Assembly (NCBI RefSeq): GCF_021028975.2
Contig: NC_059425.1
Location: 29,450,001-29,514,000 of the forward strand
Direction of reading: 5' to 3'
Source: Sphaerodactylus townsendi
Taxonomy: Eukaryota
DNA length: 64,000 bases
Shown here: positions 46,231-58,810 of the stretch, piece after piece
How positions within the stretch are numbered: position 1 is the first letter of the stretch
How the letters are laid out: every line of letters begins with the position of its first letter
Notes under the pieces: model-generated
Database searches by the model: none
Seen by the model: only the letters and a program-made list of their open reading frames with translations
Told to the model about the DNA's origin: nothing
Made by a program: the position numbers and the translations under genes

Positions 46231-47711
46231 TGATGGCATGTATGCTCATCCATATTATCTCTGTTGGCAGTGCATGAAGCAGAAGTTGGGAGATATCACA
46301 TCTTGCCCAATCTGTCCTGGCTTCTTTTCACTGGCTTAGACTGGAGAAGCTGCAACTGGAGTCTATAATTGGTCCTTGAGGCTGGAGGGCTCAGATAATG
46401 TGCAGTGCAGAGATGGGAATGAAATTTCTCTTAGCTGTGTGATGCACTGTTAAGTACCTGATGTTTTCAAGCATGTTCAATACATTATGAGATAAAAGCA
46501 GGAGATGAGTGTGGACAGGAAATTTCCCCTCCTCCCAGCAAAGATGCTTTAGGTGTGGGATTGCCTGCTGCTGTTGCTGCTGCGGGTTGGCCAGATGGCT
46601 GTGTGATAGCTAAGGAAGCCAGGCTGGATGCTTTCAGGACTGGATGCTTTGAGGTAGAACATGCCATGCAGGAAACTACCAATTCATTCTTTTCTGTGCA
46701 AAATCCTCTCCAAATTCATAATGAAAGACATTGTCAAGAAGAGTTTAGCGTTCATATTGGGAAGGAGCATGTCTAACTCCCAGCTGTCCTTTCTACTTTT
46801 TTTTAATTAAGGATTTCCAGCTTAGGATGGAAGGACCTTGGATTCTAGCTATGTCTCCACCGGTGTGTTTCTGGATGCCAGGTTTTTGGTTTCCTTATGA
46901 ACAACTTGCATCAAGAGACTGGTTGGGATAGCGCTTTTTATTTGGAAGCTTTGCCATCCCATTCTCTACCTCCACCCCCTTCATGGCTTGGTGTTGGCTC
47001 TGATCTGTGCTTTATGAATGCTGAGAAAGAATTAGCCCTGATCACCTTGGAGAAGTTGCAGAACTGAGAAGGGGGCCGGAGATCAACTGGGCACAGCACA
47101 GAAATAAAACAAAGGGACAGGACACACAAATGAGGATGACTATCCAGGGTTTCTACACGGAGAATGATACCTTGCCATGCAGTGTCCGTGGGTTTACTTG
47201 GGAGCAACCCTGCCCCCTCCGATTCCTGAGGAATATGTTTCATAAGTTTGCAAAGTGTGTCAACGCAGCTACCGTGTCCACTTTGGTAGCGTTTTCTGGG
47301 AAGCCCTAGGTTCAGGTACCACTTTTTCTGTGGATGGATTGTTTCTCTACACACATGATGTTTTAACAGTTGTGCGTTTTCATGTGTATGGGAGAGGGGT
47401 TTTGCCCAGGAATGGAGTTTGGGATTTTATTCCCTGCCACATGCCTGCATGGTGCACAACATGTGTGTGCTGGCACATCATACATATATGAACTGATAGA
47501 TTCTTTCATCTGTCTTTCAGCTGTGATCCGTGAAAGCTGTTCCCACAGAACTGAGACTTAGACACTTGTTTGGGAACACACCACGTATGAAGTGACTCTT
47601 GGCTGCTTTGACAAGTTTCCATCTTTGAGCTTTGACTTACCCCTTCCCCAACACATACAACACATTCCTTGAGCCCTTTGGGGGAGGGTGGTTTATTAAG
47701 TCGAATACTGA

Positions 47712-47759
47712 ATAATGATAATGATGATGATGATGATGATAGTAATAGTAATAGTAGTA

Positions 47760-47802
<43 letters not shown>
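47712..47802. repeat. Compound (GAT)/(TAG)/(TAA)n microsatellite
   Basis: Directly visible trinucleotide runs. Confidence 0.95.
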
Positions 47803-47803
<1 letters not shown>

Positions 47804-48014
47804 GCCATCCCAAAAACACTAGGGCAGCACTTAAAACATCTTCGAATTGACAAAATTAACATCTGTCAAATTCAGAAGGCAGCCCTGCTGGGATCCGCAC
47901 AAATACTACGCCGATACATTACAACTTCCTAGGCCTCTGGGTGAGGCTCGAATTGTAATGAAGGCCAACAACCAGCTAAAGATCTGGCAGCTGTGAAATC
48001 TACAATAGTAATAA
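47803..48014 (+). mobile_element. R4/Dong-clade non-LTR retrotransposon 3' end
   Basis: IPKTLGQHLKHL...QIQKAALLGSAQILRR matches the RLE-domain C-terminus of R4/Dong elements; flanked by TAA repeats. Confidence 0.8.
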
Positions 48015-48539
48015 AATAGCAGCAGTTGTCATGTATCTGCTCAAGGAAGTGCTGGAAAACCCAGTCAAAATACTTGTTATTCCTTATAAATGGCTGTCAA
48101 AGGAGAGTCAAATTAGGCTGAGAGAGTGACAGGACCCTGGTCACCCAGCAAGCTTCCATGGTAGAAAGGGGACTTGAACCTGAGAGAAAGTTGATTTCCA
48201 CAGGCTGAGAGTATGCTGGTGGTGGGTAAGGCTTAGGGACTTACGGGAAAGGTGAGTTTTGGAAGCTGGAGAAACGTTTTGGAAATTTGACATTCTGCTT
48301 ATAAGAAATGTCCTTGTGGCAAACATCTCTGTGTAGGTTTGTTGAGACCACATTAATATTCTCCTTTGCCAGAAGGAAGAAACAATAACAAAAGATAATT
48401 AGTTCCAAAATGATCTAGGCAGGTTCAGATATTGTAATGAGAAGGAAGCCATAGTGCTGGGCACTCTTGGCCAAGTAAAGCAGTGCTCAGGCCTTGTTTT
48501 CACGGCCTTGAGTCAGGTCAGTGGGAGAATCCCCTAGAA

Positions 48540-48780
48540 CATAGGTGTCAAACTCGTGGCCCTCCAGATGTTATGGACTACAGTTCCCATCATCCCCTGC
48601 CAGCATTATGCTGTTTGACACCTGTGCCCTAGAGCATAGGTGTCAAACTCAGGCCCTCCAGATGTTCATGGACTACAATTCCCAGCAGCCTCTGCTAGCA
48701 TGGCCAATTGGCCCTGCTGGCATGGGCTGATGGGAATCGTAGTCCATGAACACCTGGAGGGCCTGAGTTTGACACCTATG
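48540..48780. mobile_element. Two tandem hAT MITEs (48540-48626, 48635-48780) of the 14490 family
   Basis: Each has CATAGGTGTCAAAC...GTTTGACACCT(G/A)TG; target triplicated as ccctagaa / ccctagag / ccctagaa. Confidence 0.92.
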
Positions 48781-49880
48781 CCCTAGAACCATTCTAGGCC
48801 ATGTCTTTCTTTGTAGGGCAGAATGGGTCAGTTGGCTGGGAAGGGGTGCCCCCACCTGCCAGGTAATGTACAGCTAATGGAAGCCTGACTTACAGGTAGG
48901 TCAGGTTGAAGGAGCTTCCTGCCAGTAGACGGTTGTCTGGGAGAAGCTAAGTTGAAGGAGCTGGAAATTCAAGGTTCTTTAAGGGTGAATGGACAGCTAA
49001 TTTGGTGTGGCAGGGAATTCAATGTCTTGTCTTTGGGGGGAAAGCAAAAGTTTCAAAGCAGCTATTGGCATTTCATGTGAACACAATGGACCCTGCTGGC
49101 AACAGGGCAGAGAGAAAGGGTGCTGCATACAAAGCTAGTGGCTTTTCTCTTGCATAAGGCAAGGTAAAACTTCTCATACGGCAGAAATGTGCTTCCCTTT
49201 CCTGGTAACTTCCAGCCCAAGAGGCCCAGGCCAGTTCTTGCCCATAAGGCCTTGCCCATAAGGCCACTCAGGCAATCCTTTGGCTCATTGGAAGAGAGTG
49301 TGATGCAGCCCTGGCACATGTGAACCAGGGAGAAGGCACTATGAGGTGTGTGTAGTTAGCTCTTTTCTGGATGTCTTCAACTCCTTTCCTGCATGGACAG
49401 AGAAATGCTGTGAGAAACTTTGCACGGTGATGTTCACAGAGAGGGAACACTTACGAGGAACGTTGGCATCATTCCTGGATACAAACTGAGTTACAAACTT
49501 TTAAAGCAGCGAATTCAGGGCTGGCCCCCAGGCATCTGTCCTCCTGCAGTGGTAACAAAGGGATCCTCTTTTTGTTGCTTTCTGCCAAGAATGCTTATTT
49601 TTGACTGTAAAGGCCTTGGAACCTAGCAGATTACCTTGGTAACCATTCCCGGCATTTGCAGGGGGCTGATTGGGAAAGTGGAGCACCCGTGGCCTGCCTC
49701 CTGATACCCATTGGCTCATGCCCTAGTTGCAGCCATGCAATCCAAACAAAAAACATTGGGCAAAGCCCCGCCTTCCCTGGACTGACCTTCGTGGAACACA
49801 GTTGCTAAGAGTGGTCTAGGAAACAGGGAGTCTCTGGTTGACATCTTACCTCTGCAGTTAACTCAGTAATTCATTTGGAG

Positions 49881-49975
49881 TAGGGGTCTGCAACCTGCTG
49901 CTCTCCAGATGTTCATGGACTGATGGGAATTGTAGTCCATGAACATCTGGAGGAGCTGCAGGTTGCAGACCCCTG
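49881..49975. mobile_element. Palindromic hAT MITE with the same core but different TIRs
   Basis: TAGGGGTCTGCAACCTG...CAGGTTGCAGACCCCTG; TSD atttggag/atttggga. Confidence 0.85.
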
Positions 49976-49990
49976 ATTTGGGAAAAGAGA

Positions 49991-50370
49991 AGTAGAGCAT
50001 CTGCTTCACATGTAGATGAGCCCCTGTCCAATCTCCAGCATCTCCAGATGAAAGCATCAAGTAGGAGGTGATGTAAAAGGTCTTTGCCTGAGACCTTGGA
50101 GAGCTGCTGCCAGACAAGGTTGATGTCGCAGTGGTCTGTCTCAGTATAAGGCAGCTTCTTATGTTTTCAGCAGTAGAACATGGCTCAGCTGTAGAACATC
50201 TGCTTTGCATGCAGAAGTTCCCAGGTTCAATCCATCCAGTTTAAGGATCAGGTAACAGAGGATGTAAAAGGCTGTTGCCTGAGACCCTGGATAGCCACTG
50301 CCAGTCAAGGGTAGACAGTACTGAATTAGACCTCTGGTCTAACACAGTAGAAGGTGGCTTCATGCATTCA
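49991..50370 (+). mobile_element. Two tandem tRNA-headed SINEs with CR1-like tails
   Basis: Copies at ~49991-50166 and ~50180-50370, each gtaga(g/a)catctgctt...gagacc.tgga...gcttc. Confidence 0.75.
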
Positions 50371-51762
50371 ATAAATGACCTTAGCTAAGCCACTATTTTC
50401 TCAGCTAATGAACATGCAATCACACCTGCCATGTGCAAATAATAATGCAGATGTACATCACAAACCTGTTGTAAAGATGGCTGACAGTCCATGTGAATTG
50501 CTCTGAGCACTCCAAAGCATCATATAAATGCTAAGGGTTGTTTACATTTTCCATGTTAAGTAGAATTCTGTGGATTATCTTGCACAACTATAATCTTCTG
50601 TTCCTGGAAGTCATAGAAAGAATACGAATAAACTTCTTGATGTTCTTGCAGACCTGAGGGTTGGCCAAAAACATTTTGGTATTTGATGTGGAAAATACAC
50701 ATGGTCACTTGCCCATTAGCATGATCCACTGTGGAATTCTTCTGCACAAGCTTCGGAGCAACTCTTGATCATTTCAGTGGCATTGTGCAAGAGAACATCC
50801 TGAGAGTTTGTAAGATCACCAAACTCAAGGCAGGGCCTAGAATTCTCCTGGGATTACAATTGATCTTCACACCTCAGAGGTCAATTGCCGTGGAGAAAAT
50901 GGCAGCTTCAGAGGTTGGACCTCGTCCTCACTGAATTCCGTTCCTCCCCAAACTTCCCCTTTCCCAGGCACTGCTCTCAAATGTCCAGGAATTTCTCAAG
51001 GTGGAGTTGACAACTTTAAATGGGTTGCACCTCCTGGGTCAGAGCTAGTGAGTCACTGTCTGCCACCCTCAATGACGCTGCAGATCTCCTGCTGGACAGT
51101 TTTCTCCAGAAAGCAAGCAAATAAACAGCACCAGAAGCAAAACAAATAAAAGTTAGTAGCAGTATGATGTCCTATTGTGTGTTTTTTAAAGATGTCCAGC
51201 TGTGGGAACAGAGTGTGTTTTATTAATCACAGAAGTTTTTTTTTCAGGCAGAGGAAGATATCTTCATATAATGTTACTTATCAGGAATCTTTTTGTGTAT
51301 GGCTGCTCCCTGGCCTACTGCTGAGCCTTTTAGCAGCAGCTTGTGTCACTTAAATTAAACAAATTAAGTTTGTCCTGGCTTTGAGAGCAATGGTGGGGCA
51401 AAACTTCAGTGACTGTCAGGTTGTTTTTCAAGGCACAGAAGCAAGGCAAGTAAAAAGAGACAGTAATCCAATCTAGGATTCATTGTTGAGGAGCATTCAA
51501 CCTTCCAGCAGCATTCCTATCATGTCACAAAACCAGGTTTGTCTTGCTTCAGAGAAAGGGGCCTTGAATTGGCTTTCTGTACTAGACAGTAGCAATCCTC
51601 TGGCCCAGTTCTGCAGGCCAGATCAGCAGACTTTGAACTGCAGGGAAAGGAAGGCAAAGCAAACTCCTTATTCCCTTCACTTCCAACTTCTCCCTGTGTG
51701 AAGAAGGGAGTTGAAAGGAGGACGAGGTTGCTAATTGGGGCACAAAATCAGCCTTTTCATGC

Positions 51763-51865
51763 AAAATAGAATAGAATAGAATAGAATCTTTATTGGCCAA
51801 GTGTGATTGGACTGCCTGTGTAATTGTCTCCGGTGGGTATGCTCTTTCTGTGCACATAAAAAAGA
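51763..51865 (-). mobile_element. Non-LTR retrotransposon 3' tail with (TTCTA)n repeat
   Basis: (TAGAA)4 followed by ctttattggccaagtgtgattggac (AATAAA on the minus strand). Confidence 0.55.
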
Positions 51866-52807
51866 AAATGCTCTTTCCGGCATCTTGGGTACAGCACTTA
51901 ATGATTGTCATATAAGGTCCTACTGAGGAGGGCTCCCACAGGAAACAATCAATAGTAATAAAACTCCTGAGATGAGGCCTAGTGGGAAGGTCTCACAGAA
52001 ACCTAGATTCCCGGTGAGCACTGGTTCACCTGTCTTCACCTGACCATCGCATCATGCATGCTTTCACAAATGAGCTTTTGTGTTTCTAAGGTTCAAAATC
52101 AATCTTTCCCCTCATGTTTGTATCAGGGAACAGGGATTTAGAGTTCCCAGGGAGGATTATGCCCTGTTTGCACCAGTCTGGCTCCAAGGGAGGTGGGGAT
52201 GTCGTCATTTGTTCAGCTGTTGCCCTTTTGGGGGGAAACCCTCGTGCTGTTCAGCCTAGGCCCACAGGGGTGTTTGTCCACTCTGCTTGCCCACAGCAGA
52301 CCCAGCTTGAACCCCCACAGGCCAGATTCAGTGTCAATAAAAGTGGTTGCTCCAGATGGGCATTAGGGCTTGCGGCTCTGGCCATTTAGCACGAACAAAG
52401 GGTTGTTTCCAGGGCAACCTGTCACTCTTGGCAGCACAGGCCTGCCTGGCTTGTGTTGCTTGGGAAGGAGAACAGAGAACAGAGGATGTTGCCCTGTTTA
52501 AAGAGCCATCTCGAGGGATCTCTTGGTTGGAGCGGGGGAGGTGAAAGTGATTCCTCTACCAGTTCCAGCTGCCTGCGATCATCATGTATACTTTCAAGCA
52601 CTTTGCTGCGTGATACTAAAATGTGACACTTTCCCATGCCTGTCAATGGGATGAATGGGCCATAGTCATGAGAACGTACCTTTGTTGCAAAAATGTCTCC
52701 TTGGTGCCTGATGGCGTAGTGACATAGAACCACGGATGGAACATGTTGTGTCCCTGCTGGATCTCTGTGTATCTGTAGATTGCAATGAATATTTGGCGAG
52801 AAAGACT

Positions 52808-53790
52808 TAAGAACATAAAACATAAGAACTAGCCTGCTGGATCAGACCAGAGTCCATCTAGTCCAGCATTCTGCTACTCGCAGTGGCCCACCAGGTGCCT
52901 TTGGGAGCTCACATGCAGGATGTGAAAACAATGGCCTTCTGCTGCTGCTGCTCCTGAGCACCTGGTCTGCTAAGGCATTTGCAATCTCAGATCAAGAAGG
53001 ATCAAGATTGGTAGCCATAGATCAGGGGTAGGGAACCTGCGGCTCTCCAGATGTTCAGGAACTACAATTCCCATCAGCCCCTACCAGCATGGCCAATTGG
53101 CCATACTGACAGAGGCTGTGGGTGCTAGTTCCAGGCTGGAAGGACTGCTGGGATAGATCGACTTCTCTTCCATAAATCTGTCCAAGCCCTTTTTAAAGCT
53201 ATCCAGGTTAGTGGCCATCACCACCTCCTGTGGCAGCATATTCCAAACACCAATCCGCCACAGCGTTGTGTGGCAGAAGAAGTGTTTCCTTTTATTAGTC
53301 CTAATTCTTCCCCCCAGCATTTTCAATCAATATCCCCTGGTTCTAGTATTGTGAGAAAGAGAGAAAATTTCTCTCTGTCAACATTTTCTACCCCATGCAT
53401 AATTTTATAGACTTCAATCATATCCCCCCTCAGACGTCTCCTCTCCAAACTAAAGAGTCCCAAACGCTGCAGCCTCTCCTCATAAGGAAGGTGCTCCATT
53501 CCTTCAATCATCCTCATTGCCCTTCTCTGCACTTTTTCTATTTCTTCGATATTCTTTTTGAGATGTGGCGACCAGAACTGAACCCAGTACTCCAAGTACA
53601 CGTAAGAACTAGCCTGCTCCAACCAGAACTGAACCCAGTACTCCAACCACGGCTTTATATAAGGGCATGACAATCCTTGCAGTTTTATTATCAACTCCTT
53701 TCTAATTATCCCCAGCATAGAGTTTGCCTTTTTCACAGCTGTCATGCATTGAGTTGACATTCCCATGGAATTATCAACTAAGACTTGAGA
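52808..53790 (-). mobile_element. CR1 LINE 3' part, interrupted by a MITE and running into a gap
   Basis: [55 protein letters not shown]; same tail as the 15270 element. Confidence 0.93.
53023..53150. mobile_element. hAT MITE nested in CR1, right arm garbled
   Basis: CAGGGGTAGGGAACCTG plus shared core ctccagatgttc..actacaattcccatcag; flanks ccatagat/ggatagat; absent from the 15270 CR1 copy. Confidence 0.75.
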
Positions 53791-53791
53791 A

Positions 53792-53924
53792 NNNNNNNNN
53801 NNNNNNNNNNNNNNNNNNNNNNNNNNNNNNNNNNNNNNNNNNNNNNNNNNNNNNNNNNNNNNNNNNNNNNNNNNNNNNNNNNNNNNNNNNNNNNNNNNNN
53901 NNNNNNNNNNNNNNNNNNNNNNNN
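53792..53924. other. Assembly gap
   Basis: N run. Confidence 1.
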
Positions 53925-54059
53925 TTACTTACCAATTTTTGTACAGAGGGACATGACATGATACGGGTTTTCAGCAAAAAGGAAACAACCCTCTGAAAGT
54001 ATGGCTAAGTCTCTGTGAGCATGTTGGGGGAAGGTGGGCTAGGCTTCTCTGAGGGGTAA

Positions 54060-54290
<231 letters not shown>

Positions 54291-54317
54291 TGAAAGTTGG
54301 GGTGTGCAATTAAGGAA

Positions 54318-54502
54318 GGGGCTCAGGAGTAGAGCACCTGCTTCATATATAAAAGGTTCCAGATTCAATTCCTGGTGCCACAGGTTGCAAAATCGGTACA
54401 GCCAGTTCTGCACTGCGGAGAGCTTCTGTCAGTTAGCAAAATCAGTATTCAGGTATATGGAATAATTGTCTGACTCAAGACAAAAGAGCTTCATGTATTC
54501 AA
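54318..54502 (+). mobile_element. Decayed tRNA-headed SINE with CR1-like tail
   Basis: ggctcaggagtagagcacctgctt head; gcttcatgtattca tail. Confidence 0.6.
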
Positions 54503-54664
54503 ATTTTGGTGGGAGGATCCCATTCTAAGAAATGAAAGAAGAATGGATAAGCAAAGGATAATAGTCTAATTAGTACCGCATATCTCAGGCACAAACTTGG
54601 ATACTTTTTGTGAATCTTGGGTTGGATTCATGATTTTCAAATTCTGAATTCTTCTGTAAATTGT

Positions 54665-54960
54665 AGAAGAAGAAGAGTTGGTTTTTATATCCCATTTTTC
54701 TACCTTTAAGAAGTCTCAAAGTGGGTTAAAATTACCTCCCCTTCTCCTCATAATATATACCTTGTGAGGTAGGTGGATACTGAGAGAGCTCTGAGAGAAC
54801 TGTGACTAGTCCAAGGTGACCCAGCTGGCTTCATGTGGAGACGTGTGGAAACAAACCCTGTTCACCAGAATAGAGTCCACACCTCATGTAAAGGAGTGGG
54901 GAATCAAACCTGATTCTCCAGATTAGAGTCTGCTGCTCTTAACCACTGCACCACACTGGC
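54665..54960 (-). mobile_element. Squam3-like SINE
   Basis: agaagaagaagagttgg tail; gtgactagtccaaggtgacccagc; ctcttaaccactgcaccac head. Confidence 0.85.
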
Positions 54961-55373
54961 TCCAGTGTGTTCCAGTACATTTTCCAGCAAAATGTTGTTG
55001 CTTTTGTGAAGTGTTCCTACCATTCTTAATGCATGAATGAAAATTAGCAGTAAATTGCCATCAGTGTGTATGGTGGTTTACCCTTTGGTCCTGGAGCTTA
55101 CAAACTAAAGTTCTGTGGTTGAGAGGGAAAGGAGAAGCAGACAGGTCCAGTATTCCTGAATCTAGGCATGCCTCGCTCTCTGCCTCTTATGGTGGACCCC
55201 CTTAAACTATTCTGTTAGACTTTAGGGAGACATGATTCCCCTCTCCACACCTCTGTTCAGGGGCCCCCTTTGGCCCTTTTGCATGGATCTTGTGAGCCTG
55301 GCTGAGGTGGGCAGACAGGAATCCAACTCTGCATTGCTTTTTTTGACTCTCTCCAGATCCAACAATAAAAGAT

Positions 55374-55589
55374 AAAGGTAATCCCTGTGCAAGCTGTCTT
55401 AAGGTTGACTCAGCCTTCTTTCCTTCTGAAAGAAGGAGTACCCAGCTTGCTTGGGGTAAAGTGTAGATGATTGGAGAAGGCAATGGAAAGCCACCCTGTA
55501 AACATGGTTTGCCTAGTAATGTTGTGATGCGACATCACCCCATTGTCAGTAATGACCTGGTGCTTGCCAAGAGGTCTGTCTTTGCTTTT
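55374..55589 (+). mobile_element. Sauria-like SINE 3' part preceded by an inverted tail fragment
   Basis: aaggttgactcagcctt...gagtacccagcttgct..ggg.aaagtgtagatga...aaggcaatgg; 55374-55394 is the reverse complement of the family tail. Confidence 0.7.
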
Positions 55590-57279
55590 CCTGGATCCAA
55601 CTATTTTATATCCCCAGATAGAATCTCTTTTTAGCCTGCCCTCCTACTCATTTAGCTTGGCCAATATAATCTGCTATCCATCACTGTCATACCCCAAGAG
55701 TCCCAGCTGCCCCCCCCCCCCCCATATACTGCACCCACAAGTTTAGGGAATTTTCTAGCTAACCAAAATACCTCATTAATTAAAAACTTAAAACATTGTC
55801 AGGGTCAAAAAGAATCCTAACCAGCCCTGGGGGAGCTGTGCACACATTTCAACTCCAGCAAAGGAATCCGTAGGAGAATGTTGGTGGGAGTCCCACTCAC
55901 ATGGTCATTAGAAGCTGCCCAGCAAAGGATTGGATTCTTTTTGTATCGGCTGGAACTGCTACTGGTGGAGAGACAGAAGCGCAGAAGAAATACTGAGGCC
56001 TTGCAGGTCTCTTTGCTTTGTGAAGCTCGCTAACGCAATGAACAAACAAATTCCCTTTTGGCATTAAGGGCGTGTCAGGTGGATAGGTTCCAGCCCTGAA
56101 CAAAAAGAGGCCCCTGGATTTGTCACAGTGTGGAGATAAAGGTTCATTGGCTAAGAGGGAGTTTGGTTTGTGAAAGGAATTGCCCATGGTACATCATTGC
56201 CATCCACTCTGTATCTAAATGGATAACCCTTTCCTGGGGAAACCTCTGAGTAATTGGATGTAGTTTACTTTCTGGACCTTACATTCCCCAAGTATGGTGA
56301 GAATAAAGGAAAAAAAGGTTATTGTTCAAGTCTGTGGGGTTTTTTGTGGGGGGGGGGAGGAGTTATAAAAAAATCCCCAAAATAGTGCTAACAAGAATGT
56401 GAAATTTGTTCTCTCATTTCACAGCAGTTATAAACTAGACGAATAGGAGGTTGTTGGTCTAAGGACAGTTTGTAGCCTGAACTGAAGAGGGCTTTGGGTT
56501 TCTAAGCACTTTCCTGATTGTTGTGCAAATGCACTCATAAACCTGGCTCACAATGACCCCTGTCTCCCTACTGCTTTTCCATCTTGCTCCCCTGTGAATT
56601 TGCATCTTCTGTTTGTAGAAAGAGCCACCAGGGAAAAAGAAATCCAAGAAGAGTTTATTCTGTTCTTTTGGGACAACTTGTCTGCCTGTTTTGAATGCCA
56701 CTACCCAAGCTAAGCCCATGCATAATTCTTTACAGCCATCCCATAAAGGAATGCTTTCTTTGTACAACTGTTTTGTTTAGCAACCTGTAGGAACAGAATT
56801 GGGGTGTGTGGCTTATGAGGATGAGATGGGGGGCTCAAATGGAGGGGAGTGACAAGGGCTGTGTGTGTGCAAATGAAAGCATTTGTGTGCAAATGAAAGC
56901 ATGGTGAGGAAGACTTGAGAGTTAATGGGTTTCTAAGGCCCTCTTCTGATACTCCTTTTTTGGGAAGCTGTCTCATTATTTCTTCTTCCCAACACCTGGA
57001 GATAACGTGAGGATTCCATACTGTATCTCCTCCTTGTGCAAGCGTTTTCCCCAGGTTCTGTGAAACGAACACAGGAAGGGGGTTTCTGATGCTTGTCACT
57101 GGTAGAGTCTGCATCGTGGGATCTTGTTGCCAGTTGTTTCCTTTTCCTCTCCCATCATCATTTGGCAGTTCTTTGCATTTTAGAGGGATGTGTATGTGTG
57201 ATGGGAGACTTACTTGAAACCTTGAAAACATCCCATGAAGTGTGTACCCAGCGAGAGTCTTGACTGACAAAACCACTTT

Positions 57280-57718
57280 GGCTGTTTCCGCACAGCACAA
57301 TTATACCAGATTACAACCGGTATCTTTACAAATCGGATCTATTTTATCCCGGTTTCTCCCTCCGCACAGCTGCCCATTTCTTTCCAGGAGCCGAGTTAGG
57401 ACCAGAAGGTAATTCTCCAGTTTGTTCTGCACGAGCCCGGGTCTTCTGTATTTACACCACAAGTGCATCCCTGCATGCACAAACCTTTGTAAATCTGAGT
57501 CTTGGCCAGAGTGGCAAGGCGGGAAAAATAAACTGTTTCTGCTCCTGTGGCGTTTGCACGGTAGTGGGATCATCCCGGGAATCCCAGGCTATGGGAAATA
57601 TCGTGGGGCAACACCGGAGCAGGCCCGCTTTAGCTCTGGGAACCGTGCGGAAAACTTGCACAAACCGGGATATTTTCACTTGCCCATCCTGGGATATTTG
57701 GACCATGCAGAAACGGCC
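57280..57718. mobile_element. PIF/Harbinger-like MITE
   Basis: TIRs GGCTGTTTCCGCA / TGCAGAAACGGCC; 3-bp flanks ttt/tta; CpG-retaining interior. Confidence 0.65.
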
Positions 57719-58321
57719 TTACTGTGGGAGTGTTTGTTCCAGGGCCAGCACGACTTTCTTGAGTGTTGTCACTCCACTGTTCCAGGCTATTTTGGAAGGA
57801 CAAATCAGTTTGTGACCCTTTGCGTTGCATGGGAGTTGAAGGAGCAAACATAACTCATGATGACGAAAGCTGAGAGGGTTAGCTGGACTGACTAAACTAC
57901 AGCTGAGGCCAGGAACATCATGAAAAAATGAAAGGAGGGGGATTTGTGGCTGTTTTAGGGATCCCTAAGGAAGCAATTGCACTGGAGATAAATAACCCCA
58001 CCTCCAAAACTTGCAATGATGAGTTTCTCATGGTACTGTTTTGGTCATGGAAACGGAGATCCAAACAGCTCTAACTCCTCCATAGTGCAGATTGAGTGTC
58101 CCAAAGCATACCAAATAGTCCCTCTGTGCAAAGTGCTTCCTGCCCAGATTGGGAGGGAGTTACCTTTGTCCCTACTTGGCTGGGGGAAGCTGGCCTCGGT
58201 TGATCTAGGCTTTTCTTTGCTTAGTTTCTGATTGCACTGGTGGTTTTGCTTGCCTGTTGTCTTTTCCCTTTCCAACCGTTGCGGGTTTAAGCATTTGAGG
58301 CAAAAGTTTATTTCCGAGATG

Positions 58322-58810
58322 ATTTTATTTATTTGCTTGTTTATGTTGAACCATTTTTATGTTGCCTTTCCACCTAATCAAGGCCCACAAAGCAGCAAAC
58401 ATAAAGATATTTTAAAACGTAAACAAATAAAATTCAGATAAAAATATTAAATTCCATTTTAAGAACTGAAACAAGAATAGAAAGAGGGTCAGTAAGAGTT
58501 ATTGGCAGTATGCCAGATGAAAACAAAACAAACAAACAAAACTTAATTGCTGGTGAAAGACATCAGGTGGAAGGAGACAGACAAATCTCTCTAGGGAAGG
58601 AGTCTTGGTGCCATGAAGGAGAAGCCCTTCCTTGGGTTGCCACCTGCCTGGGTTCAAATGGTGGAGACAACCGAATCAGGGCCTTTGTGGATGACCACAG
58701 TGAGCAGGTAGGTTCATATGGCAAAAGGCTGTCCTTAAAGTATGTTTTTCCCAGTCTGTACAGGGCTTTAAAGATCAATACCAGCATCTTGAATTGAGCC
58801 CTGGCCACCT
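58322..58810 (-). mobile_element. Old L2 LINE 3' end
   Basis: AQFKMLVLIFKALYRLGKTYFKDSLLPYEP on the minus strand; ttttattatttg tail. Confidence 0.8.
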
